Part shown: in pieces, positions 30,898-40,295 of the stretch | How positions within the stretch are numbered: position 1 is the first letter of the stretch | Layout of the letters: each line of letters starts with the position of its first letter | IMG/VR virus record: IMGVR_UViG_3300029319_006288 | Location: 1 to 61,322 of that record | Source of the DNA: a virus | Lineage: Duplodnaviria; Caudoviricetes | Reading direction: 5' to 3' (one strand) | Length of the DNA: 61,322 nucleotides | The notes under the pieces: model-generated | Database searches by the model: none | The model's input: only the letters and a program-made list of their open reading frames with translations | What the model was told of the DNA's origin: nothing | Program-made: the position numbers and the translations under genes

Positions 30898-30932
30898 GAC
30901 CTGTGATCTTTTGAGCAGGCTTAATTCCTTGT

Positions 30933-30975
30933 AAAAGAAAAAGGTCGGGGCTTTTAAACCCCGGCCTTCTTTTTT
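30933..30975. terminator. Bidirectional intrinsic terminator between the convergent arms
   Basis: AAAAGAAAAAGGTCGGGG-CTTTTAAA-CCCCGGCCTTCTTTTTT: a GC-rich stem with an A-tract on one side and a T-tract on the other, lying between the convergent stops at 30897 and 30987. Confidence 0.9.
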
Positions 30976-30986
30976 AGATCTCCTTT

Positions 30987-31319
30987 TTATTCGTTCTTTT
31001 CAGTTTTAGGGTTCCACTTGACCCAACCTCTGTCGGGCAACCAGTTGTCGCCATCTTTCCTCTTTGGAAATAGACCACCTCCCTTCTTATGAGAACCAAA
31101 GGACAACCTTGCTCCGCAATCCGCACAACGAAGCTCATAATATAGATTATCATCTACATTTCTAACAACGAAGCGGATATTCTCAGAGCCACATTTACCG
31201 CACGCAGTTTCCTCAAATACCTCTTGGAACCGCGAAATTTGCTCGAAAATTTCTTTTTGAGAGTCGCCCTCAAGCTGAACGCTTAGACGACCATTTTTAG
31301 TTTGGTAGTTTACTTTCAT
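30987..31319 (-). CDS. Zinc-ribbon protein (110 aa)
   Basis: Two CxxC pairs (CGKC, CADC). Last gene of the minus arm. Confidence 0.65.
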   Translation of the reverse strand: MKVNYQTKNGRLSVQLEGDSQKEIFEQISRFQEVFEETACGKCGSENIRFVVRNVDDNLYYELRCADCGARLSFGSHKKGGGLFPKRKDGDNWLPDRGWVKWNPKTEKNE

Positions 31320-31322
31320 TAT

Positions 31323-32084
31323 TTAGTCTCTCCAATCGGACTTATAACCCATGAAATTAGTAATTAGACTTTTGTCTTTCTGATAATCACCGCCCAACAA
31401 CTGAATAGCATCGCTGGCCTGACTCTTTGTCACTTTACGCTTTACATTTGTCTCGAATACCTCCCGGAAAAATGCTTCCACATCTATATTTAACTGTTTA
31501 CACTTACCATCAATAAATCTAGCCTGTGGATCAGTCATTCTTGATGAGTCATCGTACTCACCATCTGTATTCTCCATCGCTTTAGTTTGGCTAATACTAC
31601 GTACAATATTAGCAGTATTCTTCTTGGTCATCTCTTCAGCGGCTACAGTTTTGAGTCTAAGAGCCTTTCTTAAAGCACGCCCTTCAGCCCTTGTTGCTGC
31701 TGTAGCGGTGTTAAACACACAAAATGTGTCGTCTGTGTTGCCTTCCCAGCAATCAGCCACATCACTAAATACACTACCATCTTCAAACGCTACTTCCCAG
31801 ATAACAGTAGCCCTACCAATAGAATCTGCCTCTGTGGGGGGAAACACTTGAGTTGGTCTACTACTAACAATCCTTCCTAGCAGAAGCTCTGCTACTCTCC
31901 TCAATCCTGCACACAATGGTCGCCCATCGTACATTTCCTTCTCATCAAACAACCCTAAAACATAGTCATTCCATTCTACATCAGTAGGGCTTGGTCCTTC
32001 TGTCACGATCTCGTCCTTTACACTAGTGTCAACATTTTGTGGAGTATCAAGAGCAACGCCCTCAAACAAATCATCATTATGCAT
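31323..32084 (-). CDS. Putative single-strand annealing (recombination) protein, Rad52/Rad22-like
   Basis: The pattern ATVIWEV..FSDVADC..ATAATRAEGRALRKAL..AAEEM matches phage SSAP cores. There is a C-terminal MTDPQARFI..TKSQASDAI helical module. Confidence 0.55.
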   Translation of the reverse strand: MHNDDLFEGVALDTPQNVDTSVKDEIVTEGPSPTDVEWNDYVLGLFDEKEMYDGRPLCAGLRRVAELLLGRIVSSRPTQVFPPTEADSIGRATVIWEVAFEDGSVFSDVADCWEGNTDDTFCVFNTATAATRAEGRALRKALRLKTVAAEEMTKKNTANIVRSISQTKAMENTDGEYDDSSRMTDPQARFIDGKCKQLNIDVEAFFREVFETNVKRKVTKSQASDAIQLLGGDYQKDKSLITNFMGYKSDWRD

Positions 32085-32848
32085 TATTCAACCTCAATAA
32101 AACGCTTACTCTTTGGCGGAAACTTTTTAGAGATCTTAGATACTTCATCTACTACAGACGATAACATCTCTTCACGCTTCGCCAAACTTTCCTGTCCCAG
32201 TGACTTCAAACGGATCACTGCATATCCTTTAGACAAAAGGGCACCTGACTTTCTCAAGTCTGCATTTACCTGTTTCTGGAGCTTTTCCTCTCCCCAGATA
32301 GGTAAGAAATGACTTGGCCCGTCTACCTCTATTATAGTCTTCAAATCAGGAATATACAAGTCAATTTCCAGATTTTCTGCCGGAATTATTAAAACATGCA
32401 TCCTGACCAAGAAACCAGCTTCTTCTAGTTTATCTTTTACCCATCGCTCCATTTTAGAACCTTCTTTTGCGGCAGTTCTAATTGCAGCAATACCCTTGGA
32501 TCGCATTTCTTCTTTCTGTTTTGCAGACATATTTTGCCAATTATTTTTTGCCTGCTTGACTCGTCGAGCTTTCTCTTTGTCACTCATTTCCTCCCAGTAG
32601 CTCACGAGACTCTGGCTGATTGCGATTTTTTCAGCGTCAGTTCTTTTTTTACCGGCAGTAGGATGAGAACTGCGACCAGATTTTAGTGCAGCTTTTTGTG
32701 CCGCACTCTTATCCTTCAACTCATACCCATGCTTAATTAATGTCCGCCTAATCTTATTTGGATAAGTGTTTAACTGTTTCGCAATCTCATACGTACTTTT
32801 ATTTTGCTCATTATACAAGCTAATAACTTTATCTTCAAAACTAGCCAT
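32084..32848 (-). CDS. Homing-endonuclease-like protein: HTH, NUMOD3-like repeat and Vsr/DUF559 PD-(D/E)xK domain
   Basis: N-terminal HTH (STYEIAKQLNTYPNKIRR), NUMOD3-like GKKRTDAEKIAIS, and C-terminal EIDLYIPDLKTIIEVDGPSH...GYAVIRL. Confidence 0.75.
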   Translation of the reverse strand: MASFEDKVISLYNEQNKSTYEIAKQLNTYPNKIRRTLIKHGYELKDKSAAQKAALKSGRSSHPTAGKKRTDAEKIAISQSLVSYWEEMSDKEKARRVKQAKNNWQNMSAKQKEEMRSKGIAAIRTAAKEGSKMERWVKDKLEEAGFLVRMHVLIIPAENLEIDLYIPDLKTIIEVDGPSHFLPIWGEEKLQKQVNADLRKSGALLSKGYAVIRLKSLGQESLAKREEMLSSVVDEVSKISKKFPPKSKRFIEVE

Positions 32849-33281
32849 TGAAAATCTCCTTTAATTTATCAACCGACCAATCCTCTACGAGAACCGGTTT
32901 GTGCCCTGTTAGTCTATAAAACGTGTTGTAGTCTACTAGGTTATCTACGAGTACCTTGTATGTCTGTGCTATGCCAACAAAGTCAAACAAGTTTCTTTCT
33001 ATATCTTCACTGGAACTAAAGAGATATGCAAGTTTAATACTATTAACAGTTGACACGGCCCTTCTTAAATTATCTATTGTGGTACAAATTAGGTTGCCGT
33101 TAAAACTCCACATATCAGCAGAGTCAAACATTCCAAACTTAGGAGCTACTGGATTAAAACCAGTGTCGTTGAAAAATACAGAAGCAGAGGTGAGGTCTGC
33201 AACTGATTTGTTTAGAAAGTTGTAAATCTTTGTATTTTGTGGAGTGCCAGCACTAGTAGGTACGAAAAATCCTAAATTCAT
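32841..33281 (-). CDS. Hypothetical protein (146 aa), possibly a glycosyltransferase-like half domain
   Basis: Alpha/beta pattern starting MNLGFFV. Coupled to the glycan island by a one-base overlap. The family call is weak. Confidence 0.45.
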   Translation of the reverse strand: MNLGFFVPTSAGTPQNTKIYNFLNKSVADLTSASVFFNDTGFNPVAPKFGMFDSADMWSFNGNLICTTIDNLRRAVSTVNSIKLAYLFSSSEDIERNLFDFVGIAQTYKVLVDNLVDYNTFYRLTGHKPVLVEDWSVDKLKEIFNG

Positions 33282-34234
33282 TATTTATTCTCCTTTAAAA
33301 ACCATTCAATTGTATGTTTAAGTCCAGTTTGTAAATCTGTTGAAGCTATAAAGTCCAAATTCTCATTAGCCTGATGGGTGTCTAGACAGCGACGAGGTTG
33401 CCCATCGGGTTTGTCTGTTTCCCATTTGATCGTTCCTTCATAACCCATTTGCTCTGCGATCTCAACCACTAAGTCGTGGATTGTGATCTCTTTACCAGTC
33501 CCAATATTGATTGGTTCTGGCCCAACGTCTTTGTGAATAGCGGCGTGGATAGCTTTTGCACAATCTTCAGCGTACAAAAACTCTCTTGATGCTTTGCCAG
33601 TGCCCCACACTTTGACTTCTTGTTCACCGTTTTTAATGGCGTTATAAAACTTCAAAATAAGGGCAGGTATTACATGGCTACTTGTGAGATTAAAATGATC
33701 GTATGGACCGTACATGTTTACAGGAATGAGATTAACAATATTCATCCCATATTGTTCATGATAAGTCTCGCCCATCTTCATCAAAGTCTTCTTAGCGATA
33801 CCATAAGGTGCGTTGGTTTCTTCTGGATAACCTTCCCATAGGTAGCTTTCCAAGAATGGTGTAGGTGTGTGCTTTGGATATGCACAAACTGTACCTAGCA
33901 TAATAAACTTTATATCGTTCTGATTTACATCTCGGTATTGCCGAGTACGCTCAATCATGTTCATACCCATAGCAAGATTGTCATACATAAACTTGCCGGG
34001 ATTTTCACGGTTAGCTAGAATACCACCAACACTACCAGCAGCATGAACAACAACATCAGGATTATAATGTTGTAATGCTTTCTTGCAAGCGTAGTTATCT
34101 CTAAGATCATAGACATTACTACCAAGTGGCATAACAGAGTAAGTCAAGTGCGGATTCGCTAAGTTCACCGACTTGAAATAATTTACAATATTTTTCCCTA
34201 GAAATCCGGTTCCACCAGTTATTAGTATTCTCAT
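33281..34234 (-). CDS. fcl: GDP-L-fucose synthase (GDP-4-keto-6-deoxymannose epimerase/reductase)
   Basis: ILITGGTGFLG, HAAGSVGGILAN, LGTVCAYPK, TNAPYGIAKK, NMYGPYDHF..SSHVIPALI, WGTGKASREFLY and KPDGQPRR are all Fcl/WcaG signatures. Confidence 0.92.
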   Translation of the reverse strand: MRILITGGTGFLGKNIVNYFKSVNLANPHLTYSVMPLGSNVYDLRDNYACKKALQHYNPDVVVHAAGSVGGILANRENPGKFMYDNLAMGMNMIERTRQYRDVNQNDIKFIMLGTVCAYPKHTPTPFLESYLWEGYPEETNAPYGIAKKTLMKMGETYHEQYGMNIVNLIPVNMYGPYDHFNLTSSHVIPALILKFYNAIKNGEQEVKVWGTGKASREFLYAEDCAKAIHAAIHKDVGPEPINIGTGKEITIHDLVVEIAEQMGYEGTIKWETDKPDGQPRRCLDTHQANENLDFIASTDLQTGLKHTIEWFLKENK

Positions 34235-34941
34235 TTAGCGGCTCCTCTAAACAATAAGTGTGTCTTACGAATTAGTTCTGGATTGATTGTATGACAGAAA
34301 TAATGGTGGTAACAGTGCCTATTCCAAGAGTTTTTTAATTCTTGCTCATTAGAAGCCATAACCCTGTGACCATCCCCTGTACCCTCAATTCCTACAGAAT
34401 AAAGATACTGGGCGAGACTAACATCGTCCATCATTTTCCAACCATCTAAATTGATTTTATCTTGGTTCTCCACTATCAATTCTACAACATCTCTGCTGAA
34501 CAACATACATGCACCAGAAATAAATGGAATACCATTGTGATCGCCAAGCATACCTCCATAATATTTTTCTCTTGGTCTATCCTGTAAAAATTCATACAAT
34601 AAGTCTGTTTTGATGTAGCTACCACAGTTTGGTCTAAAAACATAGTCCAAATCTGGATGCTTCAATAGGGCACATTCCATGCCCTTAATTGTTTTGAATA
34701 GTAGATTCGCCCTATGTTCCTCCGTATTTATCAAAAGGTCATTTTCTTGAGTTAGTATCCATTCTCCTTCTTTTATTTTTGTTGTAATGTAAGGTTGGTA
34801 TGTTCTACCCCAAGTAGAAATAACTTCTACATTGGGATGCCTGTTCGCGATCCATGTCTCTTTACAGGCAGTTACCATGTCCATGTAAGAACGCCCATTT
34901 TCCTCATTGTTCGAGGCGAGCATAAGCCCGACTAATCTCAT
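34231..34941 (-). CDS. GT31/Fringe-like glycosyltransferase
   Basis: CKETW, LFKTIKGM, DYVFRPN..SYI, FISGACMLFSRDVV and DDVSLAQYL follow the beta-1,3-GT/Fringe pattern. The canonical DDD is replaced by NCG. Confidence 0.6.
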   Translation of the reverse strand: MRLVGLMLASNNEENGRSYMDMVTACKETWIANRHPNVEVISTWGRTYQPYITTKIKEGEWILTQENDLLINTEEHRANLLFKTIKGMECALLKHPDLDYVFRPNCGSYIKTDLLYEFLQDRPREKYYGGMLGDHNGIPFISGACMLFSRDVVELIVENQDKINLDGWKMMDDVSLAQYLYSVGIEGTGDGHRVMASNEQELKNSWNRHCYHHYFCHTINPELIRKTHLLFRGAAK

Positions 34942-35756
34942 ATCATCTCCAAAATTGTTTGTGCTCTATTTTTGTATGTATGATGTTTCTTTACTAGTTC
35001 GTATCCTTCTTTAGAAATATCATCTCGATAGTTATCATTATCAAGGGCGTATCTTGCCTTGTTAATCATCTCCATTGTATTGCCATAAGTAACACAGTTT
35101 ACCCCGTCTTTAATCCCAAGCGAGTCGTAGGCTGGGTGTTCAGAGGTTAAAAGCATTGTTTGACAACCCATTGTTTCAAAGTTTCTGTAATTTACGTCAA
35201 CCCCAATATTAGCGTTCCAATGCACAAGATATGAGTTGACTGCCTCGACCATATCCGCCCCAATCACAAATTCGTCAAATCTAAACTGTGGGAAGTTAGC
35301 CTTCAATATATCAATGTATGGCTGTCTATTTACTACATTGCCACAAAAACCAATTCCGATACTTTTGTAGTATAAATTTTCTAACGGGTAAATAATAGTG
35401 TCATCATAACAGTTTGGAAGCCAGCAGTCTTTTTCTGCAAACGCAGGTGAGGCATGTAGCACCTTGTCAAATCCATACTGTTCGTAGACTCGTGGGCCTT
35501 TACAATGTGCGTCAATTGCCCAGATAAATTTAGGAACACGAACTTTGGTCACATCTGGTAGCCAGTCCCAGTTCTCAATAGCAAAGATTAGATCATAAGA
35601 CTCCCAGACTGGCTCTGTATCGAAACCATCATGCCCTTTACCCCAAATATCTACTTTAGCACCATGATGCTTAAAGCCACGCTTGAGACAAAAGCACTCT
35701 CTAAAATTTCTGTTTAGGTCATGATGACCGTTTTCTTGTATAACTAAGATCTTCAT
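34938..35756 (-). CDS. Glycosyltransferase, CgeB/Glyco_trans_1_2-like (GT-B)
   Basis: IGFCGN, DVNYRNFETMGC, ISKEGYELVKKHHTYKNRA. The start was moved to MKILV at 35756 because of a TAATG overlap with the upstream stop. Confidence 0.8.
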   Translation of the reverse strand: MKILVIQENGHHDLNRNFRECFCLKRGFKHHGAKVDIWGKGHDGFDTEPVWESYDLIFAIENWDWLPDVTKVRVPKFIWAIDAHCKGPRVYEQYGFDKVLHASPAFAEKDCWLPNCYDDTIIYPLENLYYKSIGIGFCGNVVNRQPYIDILKANFPQFRFDEFVIGADMVEAVNSYLVHWNANIGVDVNYRNFETMGCQTMLLTSEHPAYDSLGIKDGVNCVTYGNTMEMINKARYALDNDNYRDDISKEGYELVKKHHTYKNRAQTILEMI

Positions 35757-36631
35757 TACCAATATCCTTTTGGTTGATAGTCTGCACACACCAAATCAGG
35801 GTGTGTATTAGGACACTGCCCACCGCAGTGAACACAAAATTCAAATTCGCCAGTTCTGATAGACTTTGCAATTCTTTCTGCAATCGGACAGTCACCGGTA
35901 ATACCCCTATTGATGTATGCTGGCTGCTCATAGACAACGTTTGGATAGTGACCTTCTCTTGGTCCTCTAATGCCAATCTCTGCCCTGATACCAGTCATAT
36001 GTAGCTTCATTTGCTCTAATGCCATGAGGCATAAAGGCTCTGCCAATCTAAAATTAAAACCGATGTTTACATGGTTGTACTTACCTTCCTGCCCTTGATT
36101 ACAAATAGATCGTATCTTTCCAGCATCTAATTTAGAGTTTGGAGGAACACAAATCATCCCACCCTCAAACGTTGAGATGTTTTTGGTTTTGTAGAACGAG
36201 AAGCACCCAGCATCGCTCATAAATCCCGCATCGCCAGAACCGAAAGCCTGAGCAGTATCTTCAATTACAACTAGGTTATGTTTTTCGGCAATAGCATTGA
36301 TCTTCTCCATATCACAAATCCTACCATACAAATGTACTGGCATGATGGCTTTCGTATTCGGTGTAATTGCAGCTTCGATTTTTTCAGGATCAATGAGATA
36401 GCTGATTGGATCAATATCTACGAACACGGGTTTTCCACCAGCAATCAAGATAGCATTACTGGTAGCGATGTAGGTAAACGGAGTTGTAATAACCTCATCT
36501 TCTGGCCCTAGATCCATAGACCACAACGTTGCGATCAGTGCAGATGTGCCACTGTTTACGGCAATACAATCATCTACAGAGTATGTTTCTTTTACGTAGT
36601 TCTCAAATATGTCTCTTACGACCTGTGGCAT
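35756..36631 (-). CDS. DegT/DnrJ/EryC1/StrS family PLP-dependent sugar aminotransferase (compact)
   Basis: AVNSGTSAL, DEVITTPFTYIAT, IMPVHLYG, IEDTAQAFG, FSFYKTKNISTFEGG and GFNFRL. Shorter than typical members at both ends. Confidence 0.92.
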   Translation of the reverse strand: MPQVVRDIFENYVKETYSVDDCIAVNSGTSALIATLWSMDLGPEDEVITTPFTYIATSNAILIAGGKPVFVDIDPISYLIDPEKIEAAITPNTKAIMPVHLYGRICDMEKINAIAEKHNLVVIEDTAQAFGSGDAGFMSDAGCFSFYKTKNISTFEGGMICVPPNSKLDAGKIRSICNQGQEGKYNHVNIGFNFRLAEPLCLMALEQMKLHMTGIRAEIGIRGPREGHYPNVVYEQPAYINRGITGDCPIAERIAKSIRTGEFEFCVHCGGQCPNTHPDLVCADYQPKGYW

Positions 36632-37677
36632 AATTCCTCACTCCTTACCAATCTAGGTTCGCGATCAATTGATCTAATCCAGTATTGTTCACCTTCAAGC
36701 GAATTGACTTTTTGCTCTGGAGAATAATAACCAATACTATCTAAAGTAGCGAGACAGTATTCCAATGGCGTGTTGACCCCAAGGTATGCAAAGAAATCGC
36801 TCGTTGTAAAAAATCTTCCGTAATTTACTTCTGTGGGAATGATTTCTCCAACACCGTTTGTTTTTAAGTCCACACAGTAGATACCGTGAGGAACATCGAC
36901 AATAGATCTCACTGCCTCATGTGCTACTCCATAAACTTTGTTGTCTGACACGGTACGAGCCACTGATGGTGAACTGCTTTGTCCAGAAGGCATAATGTTT
37001 CCGAACATGTACTCTACTCGCTCTCTTGCCTGACTATGGATAAGTTTGCCATTCAGCCAGAAGGTCTGAACTGCATACTCTTTACCCGGAAGAAATTCAC
37101 AAAGCATAAAGTCATCTATAGAAAAACCCTTATAGTCTACCCAGTATTTTGCCCAATTCTCTGCGTGTTCTAGGCTTGTCATTGGTAGTGCAGCTTTTGA
37201 TCCCGCACCACGCCACGCCCTAAACCAAACAGTTGGACAGTGCTGCTGCAACTCACTAAATAAATTGGGATTTTCCAGAACATTCTTTAGAAAGTAACAT
37301 TTAAATCCAAGTGATAGCTTTGTAGCCCAATGCTTCTGACACAGCATTTTATTTGAAAAAGTATGCCACTGAACGATAGAGTGGTCAAAAATCTTAGCGT
37401 CAATATCGTCTTTGTTCTCAATTAGAAACTTGACCTCTTGATCTGGCTGTGCATGTACCATATCTATCTCAAACTCTTTAATGAACCGATTTATTGTAGC
37501 AACTTTAGTATCGTTGTCTAATTGTGGGTCCAAGAGCACTGCATCATCAGTATTACATTTGGCGATTCCATATGCACTAACATCTACGCCCAAACTGTAG
37601 ACTTGCATATCCATATCCAAGGATTTACAAAAATTAATACCAGCATTTCCGCCAGCACCTAGTACCATGATTCTCAT
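36616..37677 (-). CDS. ATP-grasp family ligase (sugar/amine acylation type)
   Basis: VLGAGGNAG, AQPDQE, GAGSK, CEFLPGKEYAV, CVDLK and PTEVNYGRF match the ATP-grasp pattern. Confidence 0.75.
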   Translation of the reverse strand: MRIMVLGAGGNAGINFCKSLDMDMQVYSLGVDVSAYGIAKCNTDDAVLLDPQLDNDTKVATINRFIKEFEIDMVHAQPDQEVKFLIENKDDIDAKIFDHSIVQWHTFSNKMLCQKHWATKLSLGFKCYFLKNVLENPNLFSELQQHCPTVWFRAWRGAGSKAALPMTSLEHAENWAKYWVDYKGFSIDDFMLCEFLPGKEYAVQTFWLNGKLIHSQARERVEYMFGNIMPSGQSSSPSVARTVSDNKVYGVAHEAVRSIVDVPHGIYCVDLKTNGVGEIIPTEVNYGRFFTTSDFFAYLGVNTPLEYCLATLDSIGYYSPEQKVNSLEGEQYWIRSIDREPRLVRSEELCHRS

Positions 37678-38270
37678 ACTACTTGCTCCGAGTTTTTCAA
37701 AATAAGAAGACCGTTATTATTGAAGAACCGTTCTGCTTCAACCCATTTAGTATTTTCTGCCCTGAATTCACTAATTGCCCTATTGATTCCTTGACCCGGA
37801 ACCTTTGTTCCTCCACCGCCATGCCCTTCATAACCATAAAGAACAGTGTCGTGAAAAATGATGAACTTCTTAATCTTATGACCCCAATGGGCGAGTTCTG
37901 CCTTAACGACATCATAAGTGTGTTGAGTGTCTACAAACAAAAGGTCAACTTCTTTAGCGTCGATTTCGGCAGTTCTTGAATCACCCAAAATAAACTTGTA
38001 GTCAATTCCCTGATCGTTTGCTGCCTTTAAAACGTTTTCAAAATCATGATTTGCACTGTCTCCCCAACGATTAGACTCTGGCCTTTCAATGTCTACACTC
38101 CATAGTCTCGATGGTTCTGCCGCAAGAAAAGAATACGTAGAAAGCAACCATCTGGTTCCTAGCTCAACTACGGAGTCGGACCTCAAAGCATATTCATATA
38201 GCTTGTGTAGATGCTCGTTAATATCAGAGGGCTCATTCGCCTTCTCATTCATAATTTTCACAAAGTCCAT
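37674..38270 (-). CDS. Class I SAM-dependent methyltransferase (Methyltransf_24-like)
   Basis: SDINEHL, VVELGTR, ILGDS, DLLFVDTQHTY, IIFHDT and NNNGLLIL. The start was moved to MDFVK at 38270 (TAATG overlap). Confidence 0.85.
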   Translation of the reverse strand: MDFVKIMNEKANEPSDINEHLHKLYEYALRSDSVVELGTRWLLSTYSFLAAEPSRLWSVDIERPESNRWGDSANHDFENVLKAANDQGIDYKFILGDSRTAEIDAKEVDLLFVDTQHTYDVVKAELAHWGHKIKKFIIFHDTVLYGYEGHGGGGTKVPGQGINRAISEFRAENTKWVEAERFFNNNGLLILKNSEQVV

Positions 38271-38620
38271 TACAACCTTTCCTTTATCCAGTTTTGTGTA
38301 GAGTTCCAATCTGTAAACCTCAAACCTTTGTCGTCGATGTATAAGTCAACCCTTGGCTTTGTATAGAATAATATGTAGTCATACGAAATGTCCCAGCGGT
38401 TGAGTATTTTCTCCATGTATTTCCTGTGGTAGTCGGGTCGGCATGTAAAGATCAAAATTTCAAAACCTCGATCCTTCAGGAACCTAGTGCTTTCTCTGGC
38501 ACCATCCATAGCCTTTAACAATGTATGCTTTTCAAAATCTTCGTTGATATCATTTGACTCTTCTACCAATGTTCCATCAAAATCAATCGCAACTCTTTTG
38601 TGACGAAATGTTTCGCTCAT
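38270..38620 (-). CDS. HAD-superfamily phosphatase (capsule-biosynthesis phosphatase-like)
   Basis: AIDFDGTL, IFTCR and KPRVDLYIDDK. Confidence 0.85.
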   Translation of the reverse strand: MSETFRHKRVAIDFDGTLVEESNDINEDFEKHTLLKAMDGARESTRFLKDRGFEILIFTCRPDYHRKYMEKILNRWDISYDYILFYTKPRVDLYIDDKGLRFTDWNSTQNWIKERL

Positions 38621-39477
38621 TCTGTAAAGTTTCCTCGCAAATCGTGGTCTCCTATAATTTTCAGAACGGCACCATCACATTCCTCGTAAACTTCTCTCTC
38701 AGATGTTGATAAGAAGATTTCGTATTGTCTGTCACCTCTTCTTCTAGGAATTAATACCTTTTCTCTGTTTGGGTAAATATCTTCTGCAATATCCTCTATG
38801 CGTCTTGGGTTTGGGGTATTTACAATAAACCGTCCATTATTAAACATAGCATAAATAATAAGACCCGTTGCTTCGTCGGCACTAATAAAATATCTTTTGC
38901 ACCCTTCAACGACTTTAATTGGTTCGTTGGTCGGCACTTTGTCCCAAATTTCAAAAACATTTCCTTGAGATTGAATAACATTGAAGAATCTAGCTACACT
39001 GCCGCCAGCATTGATGACCATTCTTTCTGCGATCAATTTAGTCGCACCGTAAACAATTTCTGGATTGGCAGATTTACAAGTAGAGGTCAAGACAACCTTG
39101 CATCCCTTTGGGGCAGCATCAATGAGGTTTTTTGTACCCTCTACGTTTACCTGTACAGTTCTCCATGCCTGATGCTCAGACTTTGTTGCATACTTAAGAC
39201 CAGCAATATTTACAATATAGTCTGGCTGAAAATTATTAATATGCCTTACACAGTCTCCAAAATTAGTAATATCTAAATACTCAAGGTTCCCATCAATGTC
39301 TGTGGCTAAATATTCCACACCTATCGAATCAAAAACCTCGCGTAGATGCGTACCAACTGATCCGTTGGCACCGGTAATTAAAACTTTGCCGAAGCAACTC
39401 TTGGTAAATCCTGCTTGGTTCAAAAGGCAAGAAAATTCTGGTCTCCCAAGAATTGTTTCTACATCATATTTTACCAT
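38617..39477 (-). CDS. UDP-GlcNAc 4,6-dehydratase, CapD/PglF/PseB-like
   Basis: VLITGANGSVG, AGLKY, VNVEGTKNL, STCKSANP..YGATKLIAER, ARFFNVIQSQG and RYFISADEA. Confidence 0.8.
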   Translation of the reverse strand: MVKYDVETILGRPEFSCLLNQAGFTKSCFGKVLITGANGSVGTHLREVFDSIGVEYLATDIDGNLEYLDITNFGDCVRHINNFQPDYIVNIAGLKYATKSEHQAWRTVQVNVEGTKNLIDAAPKGCKVVLTSTCKSANPEIVYGATKLIAERMVINAGGSVARFFNVIQSQGNVFEIWDKVPTNEPIKVVEGCKRYFISADEATGLIIYAMFNNGRFIVNTPNPRRIEDIAEDIYPNREKVLIPRRRGDRQYEIFLSTSEREVYEECDGAVLKIIGDHDLRGNFTE

Positions 39478-40295
39478 ATTCCCATGTCCTTTAACAGTTT
39501 AGTCACCTTATCCATATTCCGTTCGTCCGTCAGTGGTCTTGGTATGTGAGCGAATGAATACTCTTTATTATTTAATTTGTCTAGATCGTAATCAAAACCC
39601 TCTGCCCTATTTATTTTTGTGCCTTGAATCTTATCCTTTACAAAGTTGTCTTCTAGAAACACAACATCTGGATGGTCGTGTACAAAACAAGACATGTACG
39701 CCTCATCCATACCCCACCAACGCTGCCAACCGTTTAGGTTTGCATGGTTAGATGGAAATTGACTCGCAAACATGTGCCTATTTCCCCATAACTTATAGAG
39801 TTCTTCTTGTAAGTTGTCTGACATATGGAAGATCTTTTTCAGGGTCTTTCCTTTACCGCAATTGTATCCATTTGCGATAATATGCTTTGTGCCATCAACT
39901 GAGGGTATATTGTATGGGTTTTTACCCAAAGGAATTACATATTTATCATCTGGTATCTCTCTCATGGAATCCCATAGAATAGTTGAGATTGGAAGATCAT
40001 CAATACCTGAAAACAAACATACGTCTTCTGGATAATAATGGGCAGCACCCCAATACAAACTCCAAGCAACGGTCCAGTCCAACTGTGGATTTACTATTAC
40101 CTCTGGGTACTTTGGAAGCAGAACTACTTCGCCATAGTCCCTTTTGACTTCGCTATCTAGCTCTTCTTGTGTTCCACAGAAAAATAGAGTGGGTATAAAT
40201 TCTGTTGTCTTAGTATAGACCTCAGAGAAAATATCCCACATACCAGTATATAAAGGTGATGAATTGAGGCAGACACAAATTCTTTTAATTTTCAA
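39471..40295 (-). CDS. Putative GT-A fold glycosyltransferase
   Basis: A DxD-like GIDDLP follows a strand, with later WGMDEAY and AHIPRP. Located in the glycan island. Confidence 0.5.
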   Translation of the reverse strand: MKIKRICVCLNSSPLYTGMWDIFSEVYTKTTEFIPTLFFCGTQEELDSEVKRDYGEVVLLPKYPEVIVNPQLDWTVAWSLYWGAAHYYPEDVCLFSGIDDLPISTILWDSMREIPDDKYVIPLGKNPYNIPSVDGTKHIIANGYNCGKGKTLKKIFHMSDNLQEELYKLWGNRHMFASQFPSNHANLNGWQRWWGMDEAYMSCFVHDHPDVVFLEDNFVKDKIQGTKINRAEGFDYDLDKLNNKEYSFAHIPRPLTDERNMDKVTKLLKDMGIW

